The notes under the pieces were generated by a model, which worked only from the letters and a program-made list of their open reading frames with translations, did no database searches and was not told the DNA's origin. From positions 11,336-75,335 of the forward strand of contig CAKPYQ010000004.1 of NCBI GenBank assembly GCA_934203105.1: 64,000 nt of DNA, read 5' to 3'. Position 1 is the first letter of the stretch. Each line of letters opens with the position of its first letter. This document shows, in pieces, positions 29,335 to 37,996 of this stretch. The translations under genes were made by a program, and so were the position numbers. This stretch comes from an uncultured Alphaproteobacteria bacterium. Lineage in GTDB: Bacteria; Pseudomonadota; Alphaproteobacteria; CAAHEQ01; UBA3637.

Positions 29335-31649
29335 TGGCACATCAGGTAAGCATTCGCCATTTGTCCCAATGAATGATAGTAGCCACATCCTGGTAGGAGC
29401 ATCGAGCCCCCGCTGAATATGTTTCCCGAGCGTTGGGCACAGATGGAGTTGATTGTCTTTGACTGGCACATGTCGTCAACGGGGTCGGCAGCAGCATACG
29501 CGCTGGATATGAAAATTTGCGATAAAAATTCAAGCATTTGAATGGATGCGCTTTGGCTGCAAATCGTCGGAATCTTGACCGTTGATTTGCCTATGGCGGC
29601 ACAGAAATTGGCTGAATTATCTACAAAATAATTGACATAAAAGTTTGAAATTTTACTGATGTAATATCCTTCGATTATATCATATTCGGCGCTGGCGCAA
29701 TATCTGTCGCTTTCATGGATGCTGGGTTGATAACAGAATAACTTTTCACCGCAATCGTCATTTGTCGAGCATGTGGTTTGACTGCACTTTGATCCATTCC
29801 ATGTCGGATTATCGGACGGACACGAAGAACAATAATCGCCGACGGTACATGCGACACATTTGTTGTTTTCTAATATATAACCGGCATTACAGCTGATTGT
29901 TGTGCCGTCACAGGTTGCATTCGCCGGACAAACAAATTGGCATGCTGTTCCGTCCCAAACTGAATCGATGTCCTCGCACGTCGGGCAAGTTTGTCCTACT
30001 GTACAGGCTGTACAGCTTGAAGCGCCTTGCACGGAGGTGTATGTGCCAACCGGACAGGGCGTGCATGCGGTGATTTTTCCGCCGGCGCTGTAAGTATTTT
30101 CCGGACACGCGAAGCATGCCGATTGTCCCGTTGACGGATTGTATGTGCCGGCCGGACAGTCGGAGCATGTTGCATCACCGGCATTGCTGAAAGTACCCGC
30201 CGGACATTGAGAACAAGCCGTTGCACCGGTGCCGGCGCCGATCGTTCCTGCCGGGCATATCGTACAACTTACCGCACCCGTTTGGTTGTTATAATAACCG
30301 TTTGCGCATAATTCGCAACCGTTTGTCATTGATGCACTTCTGTATGAGCCGATCGGACAGGCGGTGCAGGAAGTCGCTCCGCTTGATGCACTCCAATGAC
30401 CGGCGGGGCAACTTTCGCAGCCCGTTGATCCGCTCGACGCATTAAATGTGCCGACAGGACAAGCTTTGCACGATCTTTGACCTTCGATGTCTGTATATTG
30501 GCCGGCGGGGCAGGCTACACATTCCAACCCGTCATTATAATAACCGGCGTTACAAATTTCTGTGCTGGGGGGTAAACACGCGGTTTTAGAGCTGTTTAAT
30601 AAATAGCCGTCATCGCAAGTAAAATTCGATCCGTCACAGGTTGCATTTGCGGGGCAAGCGTTGCACGCAGAGCCGTTCCAAAATTGCGTTGACTTGTCAC
30701 AACAAGAGGTAATGCCGTTTGATGCAGTGTGTTTTTGATAGCCCGTTTTGCAAACAACAGATCCACCGTCACAGGTTGCATTAGCAGGGCATTCCGTGCA
30801 TTGGCTGTCTGCCCAATATTCGGAAGCAGAACAGCATGTGTTTCCGGCGTGCAAAGCTGATCCGTTTAAACAACCGACGATTTTTTCGCCTTGGCAGATA
30901 ACGCCACTGGGGCAGTCATAGCATCCGTCTTGCTCAACAAAGTATTGGTTGGACGAGCAACATTCGACATAAGCCGAACCGGGCGTTTCATCTTCACCGA
31001 TGACGTGCGGATTGCCCGACGGACAATAAAAGCATGTATCATTGATTCGGTCGTATGCATTCGGATAATGACAGCAATCAGCCCCTTGACACCCGTCGGA
31101 CGGTAAGTCGGGGACGCTGGGGATTGTTGTATTATCGCCTGAACCCGTGCCGGCGTAATAATTATATCCGTCGAATTTTTGCGTGCTTGCTTTGATCACA
31201 AAGGATACATCAGCCATTTGATCCGAACAAGTCGTTTGACCGACAGAGCCGACATAAACTTCATCGATGCTTTTTGTTTGGGCAACAGCATCAATTAAAG
31301 CGTCGCACAGTTCTGCATTTGTATTTTTAAAAGTTAAGATAATTGCGGATTTTCCTTTTGAGGTTTGGCCAAGCTCTCTGACCCATGTGCGACCGGTTGT
31401 GTTTTTAAATGATAAGTTGATGGTTTTGCCGTCGCTTTTTGTCGGGATATAGCGCCAAGAGGATATTAAACCGGCTTGGGTTAACGCTTCGTCGATAATG
31501 GCGGTCGTTTGATACGATTCTTTTGCGCTTCTTAATCCGACCAACGCGCCGATTGTCAGCATGCCGATAACGGCCAATACTGCCAACATTTCAATCATCG
31601 AACGCCCCGTATAGCGCCTCCGTATTTTGTAAAAACAATTTTTTTGCAT
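29331..31649 (-). CDS. type IV pilin-like protein with large Cys-rich ephrin-receptor-like (GCC2/GCC3-type) repeat ectodomain
   Basis: The N-terminus GRSMIEMLAVLAVIGMLTIGAL matches the prepilin cleavage/methylation motif (G|xxxxE plus a hydrophobic helix). The C-terminal ~600 aa carry more than 70 Cys in repeated C-x2-CPAG-x-Y/F...G-x3-C units. Confidence 0.6.
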   Translation of the reverse strand: MQKNCFYKIRRRYTGRSMIEMLAVLAVIGMLTIGALVGLRSAKESYQTTAIIDEALTQAGLISSWRYIPTKSDGKTINLSFKNTTGRTWVRELGQTSKGKSAIILTFKNTNAELCDALIDAVAQTKSIDEVYVGSVGQTTCSDQMADVSFVIKASTQKFDGYNYYAGTGSGDNTTIPSVPDLPSDGCQGADCCHYPNAYDRINDTCFYCPSGNPHVIGEDETPGSAYVECCSSNQYFVEQDGCYDCPSGVICQGEKIVGCLNGSALHAGNTCCSASEYWADSQCTECPANATCDGGSVVCKTGYQKHTASNGITSCCDKSTQFWNGSACNACPANATCDGSNFTCDDGYLLNSSKTACLPPSTEICNAGYYNDGLECVACPAGQYTDIEGQRSCKACPVGTFNASSGSTGCESCPAGHWSASSGATSCTACPIGSYRSASMTNGCELCANGYYNNQTGAVSCTICPAGTIGAGTGATACSQCPAGTFSNAGDATCSDCPAGTYNPSTGQSACFACPENTYSAGGKITACTPCPVGTYTSVQGASSCTACTVGQTCPTCEDIDSVWDGTACQFVCPANATCDGTTISCNAGYILENNKCVACTVGDYCSSCPSDNPTWNGSKCSQTTCSTNDDCGEKLFCYQPSIHESDRYCASAEYDIIEGYYISKISNFYVNYFVDNSANFCAAIGKSTVKIPTICSQSASIQMLEFLSQIFISSAYAAADPVDDMCQSKTINSICAQRSGNIFSGGSMLLPGCGYYHSLGQMANAYLMCQ

Positions 31650-31742
31650 TATCTGCCCAACCTTTTTTTGTTATTTGCTGCGTTAATTTTAAACGAAACA
31701 AGCTTTTATTGTCAAGAATGTTTTTTTATTTGATAAATATTC

Positions 31743-33371
31743 TTGTCAAATTATTTAAAATCATATATAACAAAGCTTATGTCATTATTAAAGTCCATAG
31801 CCACCGTCGGTGGATTTACATTGCTCAGCCGGCTTGTCGGCTTTGGGCGCGATGTGTTGATCGCTGCTTTTTTGGGGGCGACGATGTATGCGGACGCTTT
31901 TTTTGTGGCTTTGCGATTCCCAAATTTGTTTCGCAGTCTGTTTGCCGAAGGCACTTTGAATGTTTCCTTTGTGCCTTTGTTTACGGAAAACTTAAAGAAA
32001 AAAGGCGCGCTTTCGGCGCAAAAGTTCGCCGGTGAAGCGTTCAGCTTTTTATTTTATATTCTGCTTATTTTTGTTGTGCTGATCGAATTGATGATGCCCT
32101 TTGCGACGTTTGTTTTGGCCCCCGGGTTTGATCAAATTGCCGGTAAAATCGAAATCACGACTTATTTATCCCGAATTACTTTTCCGTTTTTATTATTTGT
32201 TTCGTTGGTGTCTTTGTTGGCGGGGATTTTAAATTCGGTCGGACGGTTTGCCGCTGCGGCTTTTACACCGTGCATTTTAAATTTGGTAATGATCGCGGCT
32301 TTGGTATTCGTGTCGCCGTTTTTTGATAATCCGGCCATAGCCATTTCTTGGGGCGTGTTTGCGGCCGGCATTATCGAATTGATCTTTATTTATATTTGTG
32401 TCGTGCGCGCCGGATTTAAAGTGCGATTGTTTTCTCCTTTTTGTGTATTTTGGAATATATCAAAAGAGCTGAAAACATTATTTAAGCGTATGTTGCCCGG
32501 TGTTTTCGGATCGGGTGTTTATCAAATCAATTTATTTTTGGATACTTTCTTTGTGTCGTTCGTTGGCGCCGGCGCGATGAGTTGGTTAAATTACGCTCAT
32601 CATTTGTTTCAACTGCCGATCGGGATTATCGGTGTTGCAATCGGGACGGTATTATTGCCGGTGTTGTCACGCTATATTGCCGAAGGCAAAATCAAACAAG
32701 CCGTTTATGATTTAAATCGCGGGTTGGAAGTTTCTTTGGCAATGTCTGTTTCTTCGATGATCGGATTGATGATTTTATCAACCCCGATTGTCAGCGTTTT
32801 ATTTGAACGTGGCGCATTTACTTTTGCGTCAACTTTGCCCACGGCATTTGCTTTGCAAGCGTTTGCGATCGGTTTGCCGGCCTATATGTTGACAAAGGCT
32901 TTGGCGCCGTTCTTTTATGCCCGAGGAGATACAAAAACGCCGGTGCGGATTGCGGTTTTCGGTGTCATCGTTAATGCCGGTTTATGTTTATCTTTGATGC
33001 AATTTTGGGGGCATGTCGGTATTGCATTAGCAACCGGTATCACGGTTTGGGTCAATGCGGCGCAATATATTTATTTATTGAAAAAACAAGGCGAATTTTA
33101 TTTGGACGATTTATTTAAATATCGTATTGTTCGTATTTTGGCTTCATCGCTTGTGATGGGCGTGTTTTTGTTTACCGGCGATTTCGCTTTTACTGTAATG
33201 TTGGGCGATTGGGTGCATTTACGGGGTTTCATTCCTTTGATTTTGCTCCTATTATTAATAGGGTGCAGTGCTGCGGTTTATTTTGCAACGCTGATTTTAA
33301 CGCATGGGATTTTATGGCAAGATGTTAAAGAGTTTGTCTTGTCAATCAAAAAAAGAGGAAAGCATCAATGA
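31743..33371 (+). CDS. murJ: lipid II flippase MurJ
   Basis: It is a 542-aa polytopic protein. The N-terminus MSLLKSIATVGGFTLLSRLVGFGRDVLIAAFLGA matches the MurJ/MviN signature. Confidence 0.9.
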   Translation: MSNYLKSYITKLMSLLKSIATVGGFTLLSRLVGFGRDVLIAAFLGATMYADAFFVALRFPNLFRSLFAEGTLNVSFVPLFTENLKKKGALSAQKFAGEAFSFLFYILLIFVVLIELMMPFATFVLAPGFDQIAGKIEITTYLSRITFPFLLFVSLVSLLAGILNSVGRFAAAAFTPCILNLVMIAALVFVSPFFDNPAIAISWGVFAAGIIELIFIYICVVRAGFKVRLFSPFCVFWNISKELKTLFKRMLPGVFGSGVYQINLFLDTFFVSFVGAGAMSWLNYAHHLFQLPIGIIGVAIGTVLLPVLSRYIAEGKIKQAVYDLNRGLEVSLAMSVSSMIGLMILSTPIVSVLFERGAFTFASTLPTAFALQAFAIGLPAYMLTKALAPFFYARGDTKTPVRIAVFGVIVNAGLCLSLMQFWGHVGIALATGITVWVNAAQYIYLLKKQGEFYLDDLFKYRIVRILASSLVMGVFLFTGDFAFTVMLGDWVHLRGFIPLILLLLLIGCSAAVYFATLILTHGILWQDVKEFVLSIKKRGKHQ

Positions 33372-34243
33372 AAAAAGGAATTGTTATTTTAGTTTTGGTT
33401 TTGTTGTTGGGAATTGGCGGCATTGTTGCAATTTATTATTTTGCGGACGATACGCACAATTTGGAAACATCTTTATCGGAGCCGGCCGTAACGCCCGAAA
33501 TAAAAGCGTATCAAAAATTGGCGTCCTTGCCGATTAAATGGACCGATGTTCAAACAACGGCCGAGTTAAAAGAGTTGTTTAAAGAGGCGCGATATGACAA
33601 AATGCCGCGGATTTTTGTGCGTCGTTTTCCTGATGATTTTGCTTTGCAAGGCAATGAAGGCCTGCTTGCGACAGTGTTACTGCCGCACTTGTTGCGTCAA
33701 AATCAGCTGTTGCAGGCTGAACGAGCCGCTTTTTTGTCGTTGGCGGATAAGGTTAATAAGGGTATAGCTTTTACGCCGGCCGAGGATGCTTTTTGGAATG
33801 ATTTGGTTTTAAAGTACGAAGTTTTAAATCCCGATAAAATCGGTCAAAAAGAAGTTTTGTTTCGTCGAATTGATCGGTTGTCTCCCTCTCTTGCGATTGC
33901 GCAGAGCTTGGAAGCAACCAATATGGGCAAAGAAGATTTAGATGCGCCGTTTGATGTGCGTCGTTGGAATGATCAAAAGCAATATGATTTTGTTCGTTAT
34001 CCGGATTTATCGGCGGCTGTTGCAGATTATGCGTTAGAGCTCAATCGCGGCTATTCTTATTTGAAATTTCATATGTTGCGTTCGTATCAAAGTCGTTCAA
34101 AACGGCCTTTGCGCGGACGTGTGTTTGCCCGTGGATTGGGCTATTATAAAATCGAAGATCCGGCGTATGTGCAAAAATTGCTTGGGATATTCGATTGGTT
34201 TCAATTTGCTGCAATCGATGAAGCAGCGTTTGTAAAGGAGTAA
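33368..34243 (+). CDS. membrane-anchored hypothetical protein
   Basis: It has an N-terminal TM and is translationally coupled to murJ. There are no motifs I recognise. Confidence 0.4.
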   Translation: MKKGIVILVLVLLLGIGGIVAIYYFADDTHNLETSLSEPAVTPEIKAYQKLASLPIKWTDVQTTAELKELFKEARYDKMPRIFVRRFPDDFALQGNEGLLATVLLPHLLRQNQLLQAERAAFLSLADKVNKGIAFTPAEDAFWNDLVLKYEVLNPDKIGQKEVLFRRIDRLSPSLAIAQSLEATNMGKEDLDAPFDVRRWNDQKQYDFVRYPDLSAAVADYALELNRGYSYLKFHMLRSYQSRSKRPLRGRVFARGLGYYKIEDPAYVQKLLGIFDWFQFAAIDEAAFVKE

Positions 34244-34246
34244 AAA

Positions 34247-34725
34247 ATGTACGAAAGCGGATTATCAACACCGGCAAGAATTATATTTTTAATTATGGCT
34301 GTGTTATTGGGGATTGTTTTTATTATGACCAGCGGGTGCCGTTCGGCCAATGCGTCTGATTTAAATTCAAAAGTCGTGATTGAAACTGTATCGGGAACAC
34401 CGCACGCTTTTTTTTAGAATGGGCTGATACGCCGGAAAAATCGCGTATTGGTCTGTCGGGACGCCGTTTTATGCCGGATAATGCCGGAATGATTTTTGTT
34501 CCGGCAACGGCTGTTGATATGCATATGTGGATGAAAGATACATTGATTCCTTTGGATATGTTGTTTTTTGACAACCAAGGGCAGGTTGTTTTTATTCACA
34601 AAAATGCGCGGCCGAATGATTTAACGCCGATTTCGTCGGGGCAAGTTGTGCGTGGCGTGATTGAATTAAAGGGTGGCACTTGCGATCGTTTGCAGATTGG
34701 AGTGGGCAGCCGAATAAAGTTTTAA
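34247..34725 (+). pseudogene. DUF192 (COG1430) protein gene interrupted by a frameshift in a T8 homopolymer
   Basis: The ORF from ATG 34247 (RBS AAAGGAG) stops at TAG 34415 right after T8 (34408-34415). The DUF192 core (FLEWADTPEKSRIGLSGRRFMPDNAGMIFV...WMKDTLIPLDMLFFD) continues in the +1 frame to 34725. A T9 tract would give one ~159-aa protein. Confidence 0.5.
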
Positions 34726-34851
34726 TGATGGTTTGATTTAAAAAAGATAAAAAGTGCTTGACAAGCGCATAAAAAGCGGATATAAGATTTGAGCGTTCGG
34801 GATTTTGTATTGCTTTTGATGCATTATAAAGCGGTAGAGGATCGGAAGAAA

Positions 34852-34928
34852 CGGGGCGTAGCTCAGCCTGGTAGAGTACTTGGTTTGGGACCAAGGTGTC
34901 GCATGTTCGAATCATGTCGCCCCGACCA
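34852..34928 (+). tRNA. tRNA-Pro (anticodon TGG), CCA encoded
   Basis: The 7-bp acceptor stem is CGGGGCG/CGCCCCG. The D-loop AGCCTGGTAGAG is present. The anticodon stem-loop is CTTGG-TTTGGGA-CCAAG and the T-loop is GTTCGAATC. Confidence 0.9.
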
Positions 34929-34932
34929 ATAT

Positions 34933-34965
34933 CAAAAAGCGAAAGGATATACTTTCGCTTTTTTT
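34933..34965 (+). terminator. rho-independent terminator after tRNA-Pro
   Basis: The stem AGCGAAAG / CTTTCGCT is followed by T7. Confidence 0.4.
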
Positions 34966-35419
34966 GTTGCCTTATTCCCCTACAAAGCCCTAGGACAGCC
35001 AACTGCTGAAAAGTGATTTTATACCAAAATCGATGTGGTTGCCGAGATTTTTCCAAATTGATATATACTTTTGCCCGAATATATATACCTTGTGCAATGT
35101 GATTTTTTCGCCAGAGCCAGTTGACCGTAAGTTATTGTTTTTGAATAATTGATTATAATGGTATGACATTAACTTTCCGAATCTTGCCAAGCACTGGTTG
35201 GTTTAGAAACCCAAAAACTGATACCACAATTTGCACACACCTCTAAAAGCCTTATTTTATAAGGAGTTTAAATTTTTTATAACTTACACACATGGTGTTT
35301 GGGGCATATAAAGAGATTTTCATTTTTTTTGAAAAAAATGACTATTTTCTTGCAATTTTAGATAGAAGTCGTTAAAATATGACGGATTATAATTTTATGC
35401 TGATAAATGAGGTGTTTTC

Positions 35420-37246
35420 ATGGCAGACGATATTCAAATTCAAAAAATGGACGGCAAGAGTTTGGATGTGGCAGAAACTGATAAGGAACGCTTAAAAGCC
35501 GTCTTTCCGCAGTGTTTTGTTGAGGGCAAACTGGATATTGATAAGCTGTTGTCGCTGTGTGGCGAATATATCGACAATGATTTTGAAAAGTATAAGTTTG
35601 AATGGAAAGGCAAATCCGAGTGTCTGCGCATTGCCGGTAAGCGTTCAACCGGAACACTCCGTCCTTGTCCGGAAGAGAGCGTGGACTTTGATAATACCAA
35701 GAATCTGTATATAGAGGGGGATAATTTGGAAGTTTTGAAACTCCTGCAAACGGCGTATTATCGCAAAGTGAAGATGATTTACATTGATCCGCCATATAAT
35801 ACCGGCAATGACTTTGTTTATGAAGATGATTTTAAAGATCCGCTGACAAAATATAAAGAAATAACCAGTCAAACCACCAAATCCAACCCCGAAACAATGG
35901 GACGTTATCACACCAACTGGCTGAACATGATGTATCCCCGCTTGCGATTGGCATCAAACTTACTCCGTGATGACGGTGTTATTTTCATGAGTATTGACGA
36001 TAATGAAGTAACCAACCTCCGCCGTCTGTGCGATGAAGTGTTCGGGGAAGAAAATTTTGTTGCAGACTTTTTGTGGAAGAAAAAAAGCACAACTACAAAT
36101 GTTGAAGGTGTTACTGTGAGTGCTTTGACAGAACATATTCTGTGCTATAAAAAAGCTGACAAAGGAATAAATAATCGTGTAGTATCTAAGGAAGAACGTT
36201 CTTATCCTTTTTCTGATGAGCTTGGAAATTATAGAAAAACAATTATCGAAAAGAAAAATGAGGGTTCTTACGCAAGAAAAACAATGGAATTTCCAATTAT
36301 TGGACACAAACCTCGAGAAGGTAAAAGATGGCAGATTGGGGAAGAAAAAGCAAGAGCTTTAGAAAAATTAAACCGTTTTATTTATGAAGATGGCATTGTA
36401 AAATTAAAAATTTATGATTTTGAAGATAAAGATACAACGTCTGCGTATCCTAATTTATTGTTTGAACATGGCTCTACTGATAGTGCAACAAAAGATTTAA
36501 AAGAACTGTTAGGAGGTAATTATTTCGATAATCCTAAACCTATCCAGTTGATTAAACAGTTGGTCGTCTATACTGATACAGATGACAAAGACCATATAAT
36601 TCTCGACTTTTTCTCAGGCTCTGCAACTACGGCTCATGCAGTTATGCAATTAAATGCCGAAGATGGTGGCAAACGTCAGTTCATCATGGTGCAACTTCCG
36701 GAATTAACTGACGAAAAATCCGAGGCATTTAAAGCTGGGTATAAAAATATTTGCGAAATCGGTAAGGAGCGCATCCGCCGTGCCGGTGCTAAAATCAAAG
36801 AACAAAACACCAATGTGGATGTTGGCTTTAAGGTTTTGAAACTTGATACTTCAAATCTTAATAAATGGGATGATACACCGCTTGCCAGCACCGAAACCGC
36901 TGATTTATTCGCTCGTATGAACGGTATGATTGAGAGTATCAAAAAAGGTCGCTCTGAACTTGATGTCGTTTATGAAGTTATGTTGAAACTTGGTGTTCCG
37001 GTTACAGAAAAAGTTTTTGAAAAACAAGTCAACGGCCGTAAAGTTTATTCAATCGGTGATGACAGTTTGATTTTGGTTTGCTTGGATAAATCAAATGGCG
37101 GTATTACACCGGAAGATATTTCGGCTATGTGCGAACTGCCCCCCGCGAAAATCGTTGCCTCCGAAGAAGCCTTTAAGGACGATGTAGCCCTCTCAAACGC
37201 TTATTATATAAGCAAAGACAGCGGTGTGGAAATTATGTTGCTGTAG
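35420..37246 (+). CDS. mod: type III restriction-modification methyltransferase (Mod), N6-adenine beta-class
   Basis: Motif IV DPPYNTG precedes motif I DFFSGSATT. That order is the beta-class arrangement typical of Mod. The protein is 608 aa. Confidence 0.85.
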   Translation: MADDIQIQKMDGKSLDVAETDKERLKAVFPQCFVEGKLDIDKLLSLCGEYIDNDFEKYKFEWKGKSECLRIAGKRSTGTLRPCPEESVDFDNTKNLYIEGDNLEVLKLLQTAYYRKVKMIYIDPPYNTGNDFVYEDDFKDPLTKYKEITSQTTKSNPETMGRYHTNWLNMMYPRLRLASNLLRDDGVIFMSIDDNEVTNLRRLCDEVFGEENFVADFLWKKKSTTTNVEGVTVSALTEHILCYKKADKGINNRVVSKEERSYPFSDELGNYRKTIIEKKNEGSYARKTMEFPIIGHKPREGKRWQIGEEKARALEKLNRFIYEDGIVKLKIYDFEDKDTTSAYPNLLFEHGSTDSATKDLKELLGGNYFDNPKPIQLIKQLVVYTDTDDKDHIILDFFSGSATTAHAVMQLNAEDGGKRQFIMVQLPELTDEKSEAFKAGYKNICEIGKERIRRAGAKIKEQNTNVDVGFKVLKLDTSNLNKWDDTPLASTETADLFARMNGMIESIKKGRSELDVVYEVMLKLGVPVTEKVFEKQVNGRKVYSIGDDSLILVCLDKSNGGITPEDISAMCELPPAKIVASEEAFKDDVALSNAYYISKDSGVEIMLL

Positions 37247-37252
37247 AGGTGG

Positions 37253-37996
37253 ATGATGTGTGATTTTTATGATTTTATTGATAAAATATTGAACATTTTT
37301 TCTTCTCTGTATAAATCCAATGGATTGGAGACTTTGATTTCAACGTTTTTGGGTGCTTGCTTTGCATACCTCTTTAATTTAAAGCAACAAAAGAAAAAGG
37401 AAAAATCAGATAAGGAAGAAAAAAGGAAACAAACCGAAAATGAAAATTTTTCAAAATTGACATATTTATATGTTTATATGGATATTATTTTATCATGTGC
37501 TATAAATACATTAAATTTTTCAAAAAAACAAATAGAAAAATATGATAAATTTTTAAGTTCAAAAGCAACACATGCGAGTGGTGAAATATTAGCCTCAGCA
37601 TTGAATTCATTTCGCGGTATAAAATTTAATTATAATGATTTTTTCTTCACGGCAAAAGAAACTTCCTTTTTGGTTCAACTAGCAACTGTGAATTATTATA
37701 TTCAAACATTATTTGAAAAAATTGAATATTTTAATAAGAATATTGAAATCAATTTTCATAAAGTACCAGTGGTAACAAATGTTAATCTGGTCAACTCCTG
37801 TAAAAAAAATATGCTTTCTATACAAAATAGTGTATATTATCTTTTATTAGCTATAGATAAAATGAAAGCGGAAATCTTAAATTTTAATCAAACATATTTG
37901 ATGCGACCGTTAATCGAAAATCCCGGGAATGAAGAAATAAAAAAGATTTTACAAGAAGCTTATGATTTTTATAAATTAAATGAGGTAACTCAATGA
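37253..37996 (+). CDS. hypothetical protein inserted between mod and res
   Basis: It is 247 aa, very AT-rich and Lys/Asn-rich, with one predicted TM near the N-terminus. It is translationally coupled to res by an ATGA overlap. Confidence 0.4.
   Translation: MMCDFYDFIDKILNIFSSLYKSNGLETLISTFLGACFAYLFNLKQQKKKEKSDKEEKRKQTENENFSKLTYLYVYMDIILSCAINTLNFSKKQIEKYDKFLSSKATHASGEILASALNSFRGIKFNYNDFFFTAKETSFLVQLATVNYYIQTLFEKIEYFNKNIEINFHKVPVVTNVNLVNSCKKNMLSIQNSVYYLLLAIDKMKAEILNFNQTYLMRPLIENPGNEEIKKILQEAYDFYKLNEVTQ

Noticed and set aside
29342-31452. Several 60-90-aa ORFs on both strands within the pilin-like Cys-rich gene
   Set aside because: These are alternative-frame artefacts of a long repeat-rich GC-biased gene. 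They have no RBS and no independent signal.
34990-35420. Search for an integrase or attR next to tRNA-Pro
   Set aside because: Only a 66-aa junk ORF is present. No tyrosine-recombinase motifs (R..HxxR..Y) were seen in any frame of 34.9-35.4 kb. No repeat of the tRNA 3' end was found in inspected intergenic regions, so I make no integrase call.
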